The translations under genes were made by a program, and so were the position numbers. A DNA stretch of 64,000 nucleotides from Schmidtea polychroa (lineage: Eukaryota), in NCBI GenBank assembly GCA_044892525.1, contig CM097887.1, forward strand, positions 51,398,001 to 51,462,000, given 5' to 3'. Of this stretch, positions 39,721 through 52,429 are shown piece after piece; position 1 is the stretch's first letter; each line of letters starts with the position of its first letter. The notes beneath the pieces were generated by a model that saw only the letters and a program-made list of their open reading frames with translations, was not told where the DNA came from and did no database searches.

Positions 39721-42700
39721 TAAAAGAATTTAAAAAATCAATATATTTTTTAAAAGGTATTTAAAAATATTATTATATATTCATTTTTGTAGTATTTTGA
39801 AGTTGTATAATTGCATTGCTTGGAATATTATTTATATTTAGTTAAATTCTCCACAAACATTGTCAACCGAAAATCAAGTCAGAGATTTTATTTGCTAATA
39901 CTTGAATAATTTTTATATGAATAAAAGTTCAAGAAAATAAGTAATGTGAAAAATGTTACATAAAATTTTCTAATATATGAAATATTTATAAAATTTGATG
40001 AACAAACTAATATTAATAAAACTAATATATAATAAAAAACATTATTTTTCAAAATGACTTAAGATTTTTTAAAATTTTCAAAAACTAACAAATATTTTTA
40101 ATTCATTAAACAAAAATAAAAGTCAAACCTTATTTAATTATTAAATGACTTAAAATTTAAACATGAAATATCCATTAAAATGTAAATTAGTATATATTAA
40201 ATAAAAATCAATTTACCTGAATTATATAGTTAAATAAATATAAATTTAAATTCGACTGTTTTAAAATATTTTATAAATAAATTATAAATAAATAACAATT
40301 TTAAAAAAAAAACTTGTCCGAATTGGATAAATTATACACTATTCAATAGAGAAAATTTTATTTTCAAATAACATTGAAATATAGCATGTTGTTGATTAAA
40401 ATTAAAAGTTATTATAATTTTATTACGATAACATTGACATGAATGGGATTGGTGACGTCGTCCGATGTACCCGTCTTTACTAGTCAGGTTCAAACATTAA
40501 TATTCGTTACTTGATGGGGAATAAAACTAATAAACAATTTATAATATTTTATTGAATTAAGTTCTTATATGTTTATTTGAAATTTTTGTAAAGAACCCCT
40601 GCGCTTTTCATATCATTATAGTTAGTGAATATTATTATTTTATTTCATTTCAAATTGTAATAATTAATTTTGTTATTATTTTTATTTTTAATGAAATAAC
40701 TAACATTTATTAGTCCGTCATTATTAATAAATAATAAAGATTATAAAATACCACAAATTATAATTCATGTTATTTCCTTTCTTGTGATTATCTGTACTAA
40801 ATGTTATTATGTAAATATGTAAATCATCCAATCTTATGAAAAAGTCTAATAATATTGTTTACATTATTTTAAATTCTTGCAAACAGTATTCGAAATACTA
40901 ATTCATAAATTTTAAAATAAATATCTTAATTCTTTGACTAAATTAACCTTTTAAGCAGGTGCTGTAGTTATGAAAAAAATACAATTTTAATGTAAAAGAT
41001 TCAAATACAAAACTAATTACTGTAAAAGTCCTCAAAGATGAACAAGAAACAAAATCATAAAATAAATTTTTAACTTTTAAACATAGAATTTCAATGTTTG
41101 TTTTATTAGATTTGATTTATTTATTTTATGTTTTCAAATATGCATGAAAAAAGCTTGAATCAATAAAAGATGAATCGAATCTATCTAAACGCGACGAAAT
41201 TTCCAACTGTGATGAACAGATGATAAATTCTGCAGAAGCTTATCATTATCTTGAGAAGTTGGAAATATTTTTTCTGATCAATTCATTGACAGTAAAATGT
41301 TCAAAGATAAAATAATTAATGAAAGAAAAAGAAGGAAATCAAAGATAACCGATAATTTTTTAAATGTGGATTAAAGGTTTTTGGTGTTTTCATTTCCTAT
41401 ATGGTGTACTTCGTATTATAATAAAATGTTGATGTTCAAGCTAGACAACGTTTGCTGTATAACTTAAAAGTTGCAAAATCGAAATTTGAATACAAAAATT
41501 AATTTAAAGTATAAAAATTTTTATACTTTATAAATTAAACGCTAAAGGTGATCGAGTGCGCTTGCAAACAGTATCGACTTTTTAAGTCTGTAAAGTTGAA
41601 TATGATTTTTCATAAAATATCTGTCTCACACTAAATGCGGAATCTATTTAAATTCCACAAATAACCTCAATTCTTTTAAAACACTTCAATGTTAATAAGT
41701 TTCGTGACCTTTATATAATTTAGTTTTATAATTTATTTTACAATGATAAAACAAAGTTATTCCATAAATAAAACTTATTAATTTCATAACAAATATCGTT
41801 AAACTACATCTAAGTTGATTATTATTAAAATGAAATCCGTAATAAATTTGTACTGAAATCCGCTAAGATGTCATATAATCAGCGGATGTCGACCAAATGT
41901 CCATCCTGTTAATGTCGAAATTTATTTATGTACCAATATCATAAATTTCAATTTTGTTTAAACACTACTTATTACTGGACGTGTGAGTAATATATATAAG
42001 TAGTGCAATGAAAAGAAATAAAATCGATAGGAGAAGCAGCAAGCTAGTTGAAATAGCAGCAAAAAGAAGTGAGTAAAAGAGAACAAGAGAACAATTAGTT
42101 ACTAATTCTGTTAGACACACAATTTTAATCAGCAAATATAGGAAAGATTATTTAATCAGTTGTAATCAGTAGATGTCTGATTGGTGAATCCCAATTCCGG
42201 CTAGAGAATGGTTATAATAATATTCTCTTCTTCTCTCCTCAATATTAAATTATTGCCAAAAATGTTAGTAGATAAAAAGTTTGGGTTTTAAATGTCAAAA
42301 ATAATTCGAAAATTCATCGCCAATTGACATTTAATTCTTTAAAGTAAATAAAAAAATAATGGATATTAATTAAGTAAAATCAGAGAAAATGCTTGTGAAA
42401 ATTATTTTAAAAATAATTAAAGAAATATTTTAAACATTTTAAAATTCAAAAAGTTTGTAGTATTGTGTAAAGTTATTTTAAATAAAATTTATTTATATAA
42501 TTAGGTAATGTTATTCCAAAAAAAATAATCAGAAACCGTATAATTTTTAGTGAATGTTATTTTATAAAATCATACATTTTCTGATTAATTTGTCATAATA
42601 AAACAATATAAATAAATATATATAATTTTCAAAAATTATATAATATGTAAATTGACTAACTTTTACTGTTAATAAATCCCTTTGAAATAATTACTCTGTG

Positions 42701-43149
42701 AAATGTCTAATTAATACTTTACGTATATATATCATTTTAGTTAACTTACAAGACTAAGAAATTAAATTAAATTATCATAAAATATATGACCTTGAGTTCT
42801 ATTTATTTAAACAAAACTAAATAGGAAGAATTCAGACAATTTTCCCATCTTTAATAAATTTTTTAAAAATTTAATGTAATTAATAGTTTGCATTTTTTTT
42901 ATCGAATCATTTTTGCAACTTCCCTTTTTTTACTTATTGAGTACCAGAATCAATAAAGTGAGTGATTATTATTTTATACCTTATTATGTATTTGCTTAAC
43001 TTTTGCCAAAGATGTTTTATTTCATTAAGTATAAAATTTTGATTTTTTAAGCACTTCGTAAATTTACATGATTTTAATTAGTAAACTTATATTTTTTCAT
43101 TATGCAAGTTCTACTTCCAACATCTGCCAACCAAAACTATAAGAAATTG

Positions 43150-43790
43150 AATACAGGACCAATAATTATTAGAACTCAATAGGAGTACTCGTTGAAGTGC
43201 TTGATCTTTGAGTTCAATATTTGATAACCGTGATGTTGTTGTCGTTGATCTACATTAGTGACCTTGCCTAGAAGGCCAAATCAAATTCGTTTTGGTTGTC
43301 ATGGTTTTGTTGGTCGCTTAGGGGTGTGTCATTTTTTTTAAAATTTGTTAGGGGTAATTGTAAGTATTAAATCGACTCCTTCCTAACGCCTTCACGATTA
43401 TTATACTTTAGACCATCTGTGTGCCCATGGCGACGACAATGTTGGTACTGTAAACAGTGGTGGAAAATCAATGAGCAGGTGAGCTCTATTGCTAAAACTA
43501 CTCCTCATTGTATTCTCCTTGCGGGTTCTGGACTGCCGATAGAAGGTCTTACGCAATTATTCATTGTCTATTTCTATTTTCGGATCGTTGAAATACCTTT
43601 ATTTAACTATGGTCCTTATTTCTGAATGTTTTCTATTATCTTCTTCAAAAATTTGAGCAGGGATCGGCCCGTCTTTCCAAGCTAATGAGTGTGGTTTCAT
43701 GTTCCTCATAAAATTTGAGTAGGGACCTGCCTGTATTCTCTACTTTTGACCTATTTGAGATCCTAACCATTCGGAGAACCTATAAAATTA
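43150..43790 (-). mobile_element. Decayed retroelement segment related to 59500-59800
   Basis: Shares GGGTTC..GGACTGCCGATAGAAGG and a CAGTACCAAC motif (minus) with the 59.7 kb segment; GC-enriched, no intact ORF. Confidence 0.45.
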
Positions 43791-44271
43791 ATCAAACTAG
43801 TTTTTATTAACTAGTTTTTATTAATTTTAACAATTTAGTTTTTATAAATTTTATAATTTAAATAATTTTGTTGGTTTTATTTTAGTTTTCATTTAACAAT
43901 TTAGTTTTATTAATTTTATAATTTACATATTTTACTACTTTTATTTTACTTTTTTAATCATTTTATCAGTTTACTGTATATTTTAGTTTCAATTTTAAAT
44001 TTATTCATTTAAAACATTTTCATATTATTAATTAATTTATTATCGATTATTTTATTTATTATTATTTTATTTTCTAGTTGTTAGATTTTTCGAATGCGAT
44101 ATTTCTCCTAATTGTGTTAGTGATTGCAACTTCTTGCGTTCCTTTATTTTATTATACGTAATTTATTTATCCTCAATGTAATATGTATTTTAGTTTGTCT
44201 TATTTGGTGTATGACCATGAATTTAATTCAACTTGGTGCGATTTTTATGTTATGTATTTCCGATTCATTAA

Positions 44272-46764
44272 CACTAGGACGGCCAGAGCGGTCATTTTGA
44301 CCGTTAAGCAATTTCATTTTTATTTTGTGAGAAAACGAAAAGGAATTAGCGTCTCATATTTTGTGACAATTATTCATTTTTAGTGAACTTGTTGTGCATA
44401 TCAAAGCTTCAATTATAGCATTTGTCACGACTGAGATAATGAGGCCATCCCCATGGAAGGCCGAACCGGTCAATTTGACCGGTATCTTGAAACACACAAG
44501 AAAGTCACACATAATCATCTTACATACTAGAAAATATAAAACCAAATATAATTTACACAAAACCGAAGCATTTAACAGTCATTTGGGAATGTTTTCCACA
44601 GTAAACTTTACTACATACATGGCATATAGCTCCGGATTTGTTATCACAATGAGGAGCAGAACAAGTTTTTCGCTTCTTTAATTTTGGTTGTTCAGAACAG
44701 AGTTCACCAGAGATGGGACTTGCTGTTCGACGGCTTTTGAACTCCTCATAAAGAGATGTAGCTAATTCAAAAATAAAATCCCTTCTTTTTATAGTTGATC
44801 CCGTAGCATCTTTGAAAATAACATGAGCGTTGAGAGCTGCTTTATCAAGCAAATCATAGAAAGTAGCGACTGGCCATCTTGCTGTTGCGGCTTTACTGCT
44901 GTATAAACGCAACATGCTATCCATGGTATCTACAGCTGTCTTATTTTTGTTATAAAAGTGTATCATTTCAGGCTTTCTCTTTTCGTCAGATCTCACACTA
45001 GCAGTAGAATGGAATGTTGACATGACAATGACTTTCTTGTCCGATTTGCCTTGATAGGAAACAGTGACAGTGTTTTGACACGATAAATGAGTCGATGATA
45101 AAAAGCGTTAATTTAATCTTACAGTACCAACCAATGTTGTTCGATTTACAAGGAGATGTTCAGCTAGTGAGAGACTTGTAAAGAAATTGTCAGTGCAGAC
45201 ATTGTATCCTTTATTGAAAAATGGCTCCATTAGTTTCCTGATTACAAAATCACCCAGCCGTAATCCACAGCGTTCGTTTCTATCGTAAGCCCCTAAATAT
45301 GGCATTTGATTGATGACAAATTTGGTTTTGACATCACTGAGAATCCAGTATTTGATACCGAATTTATCAGGCTTATTTGGCATAAATTGGATGAAGCAAC
45401 ACCTATTTTTTAGCGGCAAAAGTTGCTCGTCGACAGTAAGGAAGGGATTAGGAGTATAAACTTGAAGACAGTTTGAAACAAACAAGTCAAATATTTCACG
45501 AAAATGGGCATATTTATCTTGTTCTACTCTTTGACGTCGAGAACATTGTTCATCAAAACGAAGAAAGCGCAGTATCTCACGGAAACGGTTCCGAGACATG
45601 ACTTCTCTGAAGTAAGGAGATCCAAATTGAGATGACCAGATTGAATTGATAGAATGTCGGCGAAAGCCTAACACACCACGGAGATACAGCAATCCAAGAA
45701 AAGCATCTAATTCTTGTAGACTGATACACCAGTCTGACGAAGCTTCTTTTCCTTTCATAATTGTGTATTTTTGAATTAACTTCAGCATTCCCTCAGAGAC
45801 TATCAAGCGCCAAGCGCTCAGGGGTGAGTCAATTTTGCGCTTTGCAAAAGCTTTCACACCAGGTGTTTCACTAAAAATATTGTGCGCGGGGAATCTGCCA
45901 ACACTAATAGCGTGATTGTTTTCTACTCGATTCCAAAGAGTGCCATCCCTGCTAGATAAAAGCTGATTTTCTAATGAAGAAATTGAGCTATTGACTGACT
46001 CATTGTCACTTTCTAACGAACTTCCATTATCATCAGAGTTCCATTCATGTAACTCTTCGTCAGAATCATTTCTTTCGGGCTCATCATCACTTCCCATAGG
46101 CTGATCTTCATCTTCGGAGAGAGCAGTGTCAATATTCCATAGCTTCTGTAAAGCACGTTGAGCAGCAATTCTTTTAGTTGGCATATTTGATTCTAAAATA
46201 ATGATAAAAACTCCGTCAGTAAAATAAGAAACGTCAAATTTATTATTGGATTCTAATGAAAACACGGTTTTATAATGTTTGTTATCCCAAGAAGTTCAAA
46301 GATTTTCTATAACAATTATTAGATATTGTCTTATGACATTTCGTTAAGTTTTTCGTTTGATTCTTTTAATTTACCAAATTTCAAAACTTAGAACTCTTAA
46401 TGCTTGCTTAATTACACTTTTAATAAGCACTATCTTTGAATAAAAGCAAGAGAATATTTATAAACAAGAAATGAAGTATACATACATACCAGTCTGAATA
46501 AACGCGAAGACAATGTTTAAAATAGTGTAGCTTTGTGTCAGCTAAACAAATATTTTTATTTCATTGTTGTAAGTAGTTTAATAAATTAACTACTGTTAGA
46601 ATAAAAATAGTTAAATTTTGAAAGCATGTTAGTAGCACAAAGAAAGTATTGCTAAATGAGTTGCATCATAGAAATCTCAGCATGAAAATAAGGAGCATAT
46701 GTGCACCGGTCAAATTGACCGGTTTGGCCTTCCAAGGTATAAAATATTTCCGGCCGTCCTAGTG
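44272..46764 (-). mobile_element. Near-intact piggyBac element (2493 bp)
   Basis: TTAA at 44268-44271 and 46765-46768; perfect 13-bp TIR CACTAGGACGGCC; 29-bp internal inverted repeats at 44455-44483 and 46705-46733 (one mismatch). Confidence 0.95.
44553..46184 (-). pseudogene. piggyBac (PGBD4-like) transposase interrupted by one in-frame TAA at 45110-45108
   Basis: From ATG 46184: catalytic motifs TVDEQLL, CTDNFFTS, AVDTMDSML; KPDKFGIK; RWP; C-terminal Cys-rich CSAPHC..CHVCSKVYCGKH. The two ORFs are in the same frame. Confidence 0.9.
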
Positions 46765-46924
46765 TTAAAATAACTCTCAATCCTCGCTTCTAGCCCAACA
46801 GTTTTATTCTTAACTGCCACAAATGTGATGTAACCAGACTGCACTCGTCACAAGTGACGTTTGTGATGTGTAAAATAGTAGGGCGTGAGCACTACTCCAG
46901 GAAAATGTAGATCAAATTTTTTTA

Positions 46925-47110
46925 GTATGTCAATTTATGGTCAAAAAAGAAAGTCAATATAGTTTTAAGGTCAAGATAGGTCAAAGTGACTTTAAGGTCC
47001 GAAAGATATGTCAAGGATACTTTAAGATCAAAGAGGTAGGTCGATGTTGTTTTTAGGTCACATTTTAGGTTAAAATCAAGTAAGTGACATAAAGGTTTAG
47101 GTGCTTCACA
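46925..47110. repeat. Imperfect ~27-30-bp tandem repeat; (CTGTATAAAAT)x4 nearby at 47179-47222
   Basis: Recurrent TTTAAGGTC..AAGATAGGTCAA units. Confidence 0.6.
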
Positions 47111-47735
47111 TGTAACATAAAGTACTACAAAACTACAATCAAACTGCTCGGTTGGACTCTTCACACATCAGACTTCTACTGTATAAAATCTGTATAAAAT
47201 CTGTATAAATTCTGTATAAAATCCTTAAGAAAGTATTTAAAATTTATAACCGAGCTCCATTAGCATAAAAAGATTGATATCTTATTTGATTTACACTCCA
47301 TATTGCCTTCTTGTTTTGAAGAAAAAAATATCTCTCCTGAAGAATTAAAAAACTTTGAAATATTGAAAATTTCTTTGAATAGAATCGGGTTGAATGGACT
47401 GAAAGCTAAAATAGATCGATTTATGATGCATTAGGGTTGAGCAGTGACTTTGAAAAATGGTTAACTGATATTCAAGATAAGGTCATACAAATGATTGAAA
47501 CTGATCCTAATTTTCAATGCGCGTACTATTCGAATTATTTTGGATCATTGTCCTTTTATTCATTTCTTAGTAAAAAACTTACAATTTAAAGTTTCATTTT
47601 AATTCTGTTTATTGAAGTGATTTTGGATATGAAATATTTGCCACTTGTCCAGTTTCCCTCATAAGGGGTTTAATAAAAAAATAAAATAAAAATAATAAAT
47701 TAATATAAAAATATTAATCAAATAAAATATAATTA

Positions 47736-48038
47736 TCAAAATCTGTAAATTTCCTTAATATGATCAATTAACAATTCAAAACTCTTCTTATATCGATGTA
47801 TCCACATAAATTCAGATAAATGGGAGTGTAAAGTGCTTCTGTGAGTGCCTTACCTTGTTTTAGTTTCTGCCAAACAGATTCAATGTAATTCTTTGCAGCA
47901 ATTTCTATTAGGACATTTAAAATAATTTCCTTTATTCTTTCTATTATTTCGAATCCTCACACGCATTGCTTTTCTGCAACAAAAAATCTTACTTAAAGAA
48001 ATGGCCTCAGACTCATTGGGGATCACCATTAGTAACTG
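47736..48038 (-). mobile_element. Merlin/ISXO2-like transposase deletion relic
   Basis: CCRKAMRVRIR..YFKCPNRNCCKE (zinc-ribbon-like) fused to NYIESVWQKLK and GTHRSTLHSHLSEFMWIHRY..LIDHIKEIY, resembling Merlin/IS1595 C-terminal motifs. Confidence 0.65.
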
Positions 48039-49135
48039 TATAGTGATATTTGTGATATTCTTATTTTTTACAAACTTTTTTTACTGCTAATTTCTCGCCA
48101 ATATCATGAAACTTTATCTGTTTTATTACTTCCTGCTCTATTGACAACTAGGGCTTCCAATACCGGTATACCGGGCATATTTCAATTACCGATACAGAAA
48201 AATGAATGCCGGTATCTCAGTAAATTTTTCCTTCGACCAAAAATACTTTTTCAGATTTTTAAGTTCAGATATTTAGTATTTCTTTATAATTAAATTTTTT
48301 ATTAAGTTTAATAATTAATAAACAGAAGAAAACATTTAACTATTGTTGGTAGGGTTGCCAACTCCCACAACCTCGAACCGGGAGATTATAAAATTGTTAA
48401 CAGTATAACGCTTAAGAAATAATATAACAGGTGTTATTTCACTTTTTTGGTTTACATATGTTAGTGATTTTAACTATATGATGACTAATATTATAAAGAT
48501 TTAAACCAAACAATTATTTTACATATTAAATAGTACAGTTTAACAAATCATCCTATTTTTGTTTGTTTTTAAAATTGTATTATTTTGTCGTCAGGCTGAC
48601 TCCAATAGCTTTGGTGACTTAAGCAAATGTTCATGAAATTCCTTACAGCAAAACAAAAAATTATTCGAAAAAAGGAAAGACGAGAGATTTACATCTCCTG
48701 GGTCATAGTTAACCGGGATACGAAAGCCGATTCTGGGAGTACTGAAATCAAAAATAAAATAATGTATAAAAAGAAAGTATAACAAATATTGTTAAGATCA
48801 ATAAAAAGCTCCAAACAACGAAAATACAAAATTTACTAAAAATCGAAAATCAATACTGAACGGAGGAAACGGGAACGGTTGAACGTTAAATGGAAAGACA
48901 AATTCAGAAATTATAATGAAAATTTAATACAGGGTTCACATGGAAAGTTATAACGAAAAATCAAATTAAAGTTAATTAATCCGTAACTGGAAGTCTGAGT
49001 CCATTGAGACCCGACTGACTAGCCGCCAGTTGGTCGAAGAAATAAGAGAAATTAACTGAAGAAGGCAGTCAGCGGTCAGAGGACGAAATTTAATAATTGA
49101 AAGCAAATGTTAACTCTCGTACCATAAAAGGTGTG

Positions 49136-50100
49136 TAATTACATCATTCAACTTACTTCAACAAATGTCCTCCGAGATCCAACAAAAAATACTATATAGC
49201 AACTCTCTATAGCAATAGTTTACTATTGTTGAGGATACCTAAATAATAATTCATTAAGAAATAAATAAAATTACTTGGGGAAGATCGCCATGACAAACGA
49301 GACGATCTATAGAGACTCAGAAAAGAAAACGGAAGTGAAAAGAAATTAAAAATGAGAAAGAGAAAGGAAATAAAAATTAAGGTCAGTACTAATTAATTAG
49401 TACAAAAAGGAAAAGGAATTTTGAAATCGGGGAAAAAGAAAAACAATAATATCCTTATCTTGACAGCTTGCGAGTGATAATAGAATTGAACGGAGATGAC
49501 GGCCAAACAGGAAAGGAAAAAGGGAAAAAACAACTTGACAGCTGTCAGAGATAAAAATGGGACAGTCGGGGAAAGCAGAAGGAAAGTGGAAAAACACTTG
49601 ATTATCTGGAGTGCCACAAGAGAAGCAAACTATATAAGGGAAAACTGGTGAACATGAAATTAGAACAAAAAGGGGAACAAAATTAGAGACAAATTGAGAG
49701 ACAATTTCAGAAATAATGGTTGGAACAAAATAAATATTTTGTTATTTGTGAGTTATATAAAGACACGCTTGGAGTCAGAGTAACATTAAATTTTATCACC
49801 AACTCAATAACCCAACACTATAGAGAATTGAAAAATTAAAAATATCAATAAGCCGAAAGTTGAATATTTAACTCAAGTTGACAATTAAAATTACAACTTT
49901 TATTTAGAAAATGTAAAAACCTTAAAAGGGGTGTGATGTCATTTTATGAACTCATAAAATTGTAATTTTCCTTTTAATTGTCAACTTGAGTTAAATATTC
50001 AACTTTCTGCTTGTTATTACAATAGAGAATTGCTATATAGTATTTTTTGTTGGATCTCGGGGAACATTGGTTGAAGTAACTTGAATGATGTAATTCGTAA
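49136..50100. repeat. Nested inverted-repeat (foldback) complex
   Basis: Outer arms ~49136-49217 / ~50031-50100; inner 41-bp arms 49850-49890 / 49972-50012 (one mismatch). Internal parts 49226-49315 and 49760-49817 recur, contiguous and inverted, at 59175-59343. Confidence 0.8.
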
Positions 50101-50368
50101 TTACATTTAAAAAATTGTATTAAAATCAATGACATTACATTAAAAGGTAATTGGCCATTGAGTAATCTACCTTGGCGAGCAATATTTATTGGAGGGAAAG
50201 GTGCAAATCTAATGACTAATTCTAGATTTTGATTGAAGTTTAATAAAGTTATTTTGTGTTGGGTTTCGAATTATTTGTTTAAATAAGAACACGAGCTGTC
50301 AGAGAAAACCGACGTGTAAAATAATAACCCAACAATATTAAGTTTAAAAAAAAACAAATAAACAAAAT

Positions 50369-52429
50369 TTATTCAAATTTATTCTGTTTAGATGGAATAA
50401 AATAATTATCATCATCACTATTCATGCCGACTTTATTCTTTCGCTTGTTGGGTTTAGGATTTGATTTACCCGAAACCGAAATCATCACATGAGGCGGTTC
50501 CCTTAAGCCAAATGTCTTGGCCAACGCCGCCAGGTCTAACTTTTTAATATCGAAACACCCCAAAGAGAAAGTACAATAAGCCCGTACAAAGGTCGTAAAA
50601 CCTAACTTTGCTGAATTCTTAAGAGCGGAATTAGATTCGACAATATTTTCGAAAGATTCTTGAATGTCGAACATTTTCGACTCGTCGAATTCAAATTCAT
50701 TCAAAGGAACTTTATTCTTGGCAAGCAACTCAAGAAATCCGGTTTCTTCCGGCCTAAGAAAAATCAAAGCTTTTCCATCTTTCCCTGCACGAGCTGTACG
50801 GCCAACTCTGTGAATATATTCCTTAGGATCATCGGGAGGGTCATACTGAATAACCCAATCTACTTTAGGAACGTCTAATCCTCGAGCCATTACATCAGTA
50901 CAAAGAATAATTGCAGCATCTTTCTCATTAAATTTTTCAAAATTTGCAAACCTTTTAGTTTGACTCTGTTTCCCATGGAGCGCCAATACTGGCACACTTA
51001 TAATGTTGAATAACTCATAAAAATATTTCACTTCTAGGCACGTAGACATAAATATCATTATCTAGAAATGAATATAGTTAAGGTAAAAATAGATGAAGAC
51101 CAAATTATAAGAAAATAATCGAGTGATGGGGACAAGGGGAGGTAACTAGGGGGGAAGGGAAAATAACCTTATAATGAAGTAATTAATTAGGAAACAAATC
51201 ATATAAAATGAAAAAAAGTTGGGACGGGTGGGATGGGGGTGCTATTAAGCATTTTATGATATTGATTATTGAAAATATGATAGAGGTACAATATACATAT
51301 AAGCTGAAAACATTGAAAATGAAAAATAATCATTAATCTTAAATAAAGAATTTAACCGGAAAATATTCAAGTTATAATATAAAATAGGCATCAGGAACCC
51401 ATCGATAAACAAAACCCATTAAAAAGTGGAATTTTTCACCAAATCAAGTATTTTATCGATTACATATTAAAAGGAAAATTTATAAATAAATTTGTTAGTC
51501 CCCCATAAAAAATTAGCAATAAATAATAAAATATTTACTTTTTTCTTTAAATTTCTCTTAATAAATGTGTATAATACTCTGAACCGATCGCAGGGTTTAC
51601 AGATTATATACCCCTGGGTCAACTGTGAAACGGTTGCGTTATCTCCATCTGAAACGGCTTCTTGTAGATTGACTTTGCTCATGTCAATACACATACAACT
51701 TTCTTTCATACTCAAACAAGCAAGAGTTAAAACTTTATCGTCTAGGGAAACCTTTTTGTTGTTTGCATCAGTTACTGGTTTTTTCATTTTCATTTTTAAT
51801 TTTGCAGAGTTCATTTTCAAGGTAGCTGAAAACAAAACGGTTTGTCGTTTTTTGGGGAGTTTTCGAACAATTGCTTTCATTTCTTCGAGAAATCCTTGTT
51901 CCATTAATCGATCGGCTTCGTCGATGATTAAAGTTTGAAGTCGATGAAATAAAAAAAACTTTGTATTATTTAAATGATCGAGCAATCTTCCGGGTGTTGC
52001 TACAAGAATTGTTACGCCTTCCTGGAGATATTTGGCTTCCACATTACGATTGTTACCACCAATAAGGAGGCCAGTTCTTATTTCTGTATGCGAAACAAGT
52101 TTTCTAAGAACTTCGAATATTTGAAGACTTAATTCTCTTGTTGGTGACATGATTATTGCTGCTGTTCCGTGCCTTGGTTCGAAATTACTATTTAATACTT
52201 TATTTACTAAAGGTACTAAGAAGGCCAGTGTTTTTCCACTGCCAGTTTTAGCAGCACCCATTACATCTTTGTCTTCTAGAAGGTGAGGAATACAGTTATT
52301 TTGAATAGGAGTCATAGTTATCATATTCATATCTTTGAGAGCTTTCTTAATATTTTCATGTATGTTGAGCTCTTCAAACTTATTATTAATAATTATTTGA
52401 CAGCCAGGAAATTTTCGATCTTCACTCAT
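50369..52429 (-). CDS. DDX18: DEAD-box RNA helicase DDX18/HAS1, 527 aa; exons 52429-51539, 51061-50369
   Basis: Q motif (FEEL..MTPIQ), AKTGSGKT, SPTRELSLQ, TPGRLLDHL, DEAD, SAT, LHGKQSQTKR, TDVMARGLD, and the HAS1-type QYDPPDDPKEYIHRVGRTARAG. One phase-0 477-bp GT-AG intron (KKK|IMIF). Confidence 0.93.

Noticed and set aside
40445-40470. GATTGG and TGACGTC motifs ~2 kb upstream of CNP
   Set aside because: Short motifs expected by chance; no evidence of promoter function.
50660-51938. Plus-strand ORFs 50660-50878 and 51492-51938 (also 33894-34127, 14075-14281, 2916-3477)
   Set aside because: Antisense shadows of real coding sequence or TE ORFs.
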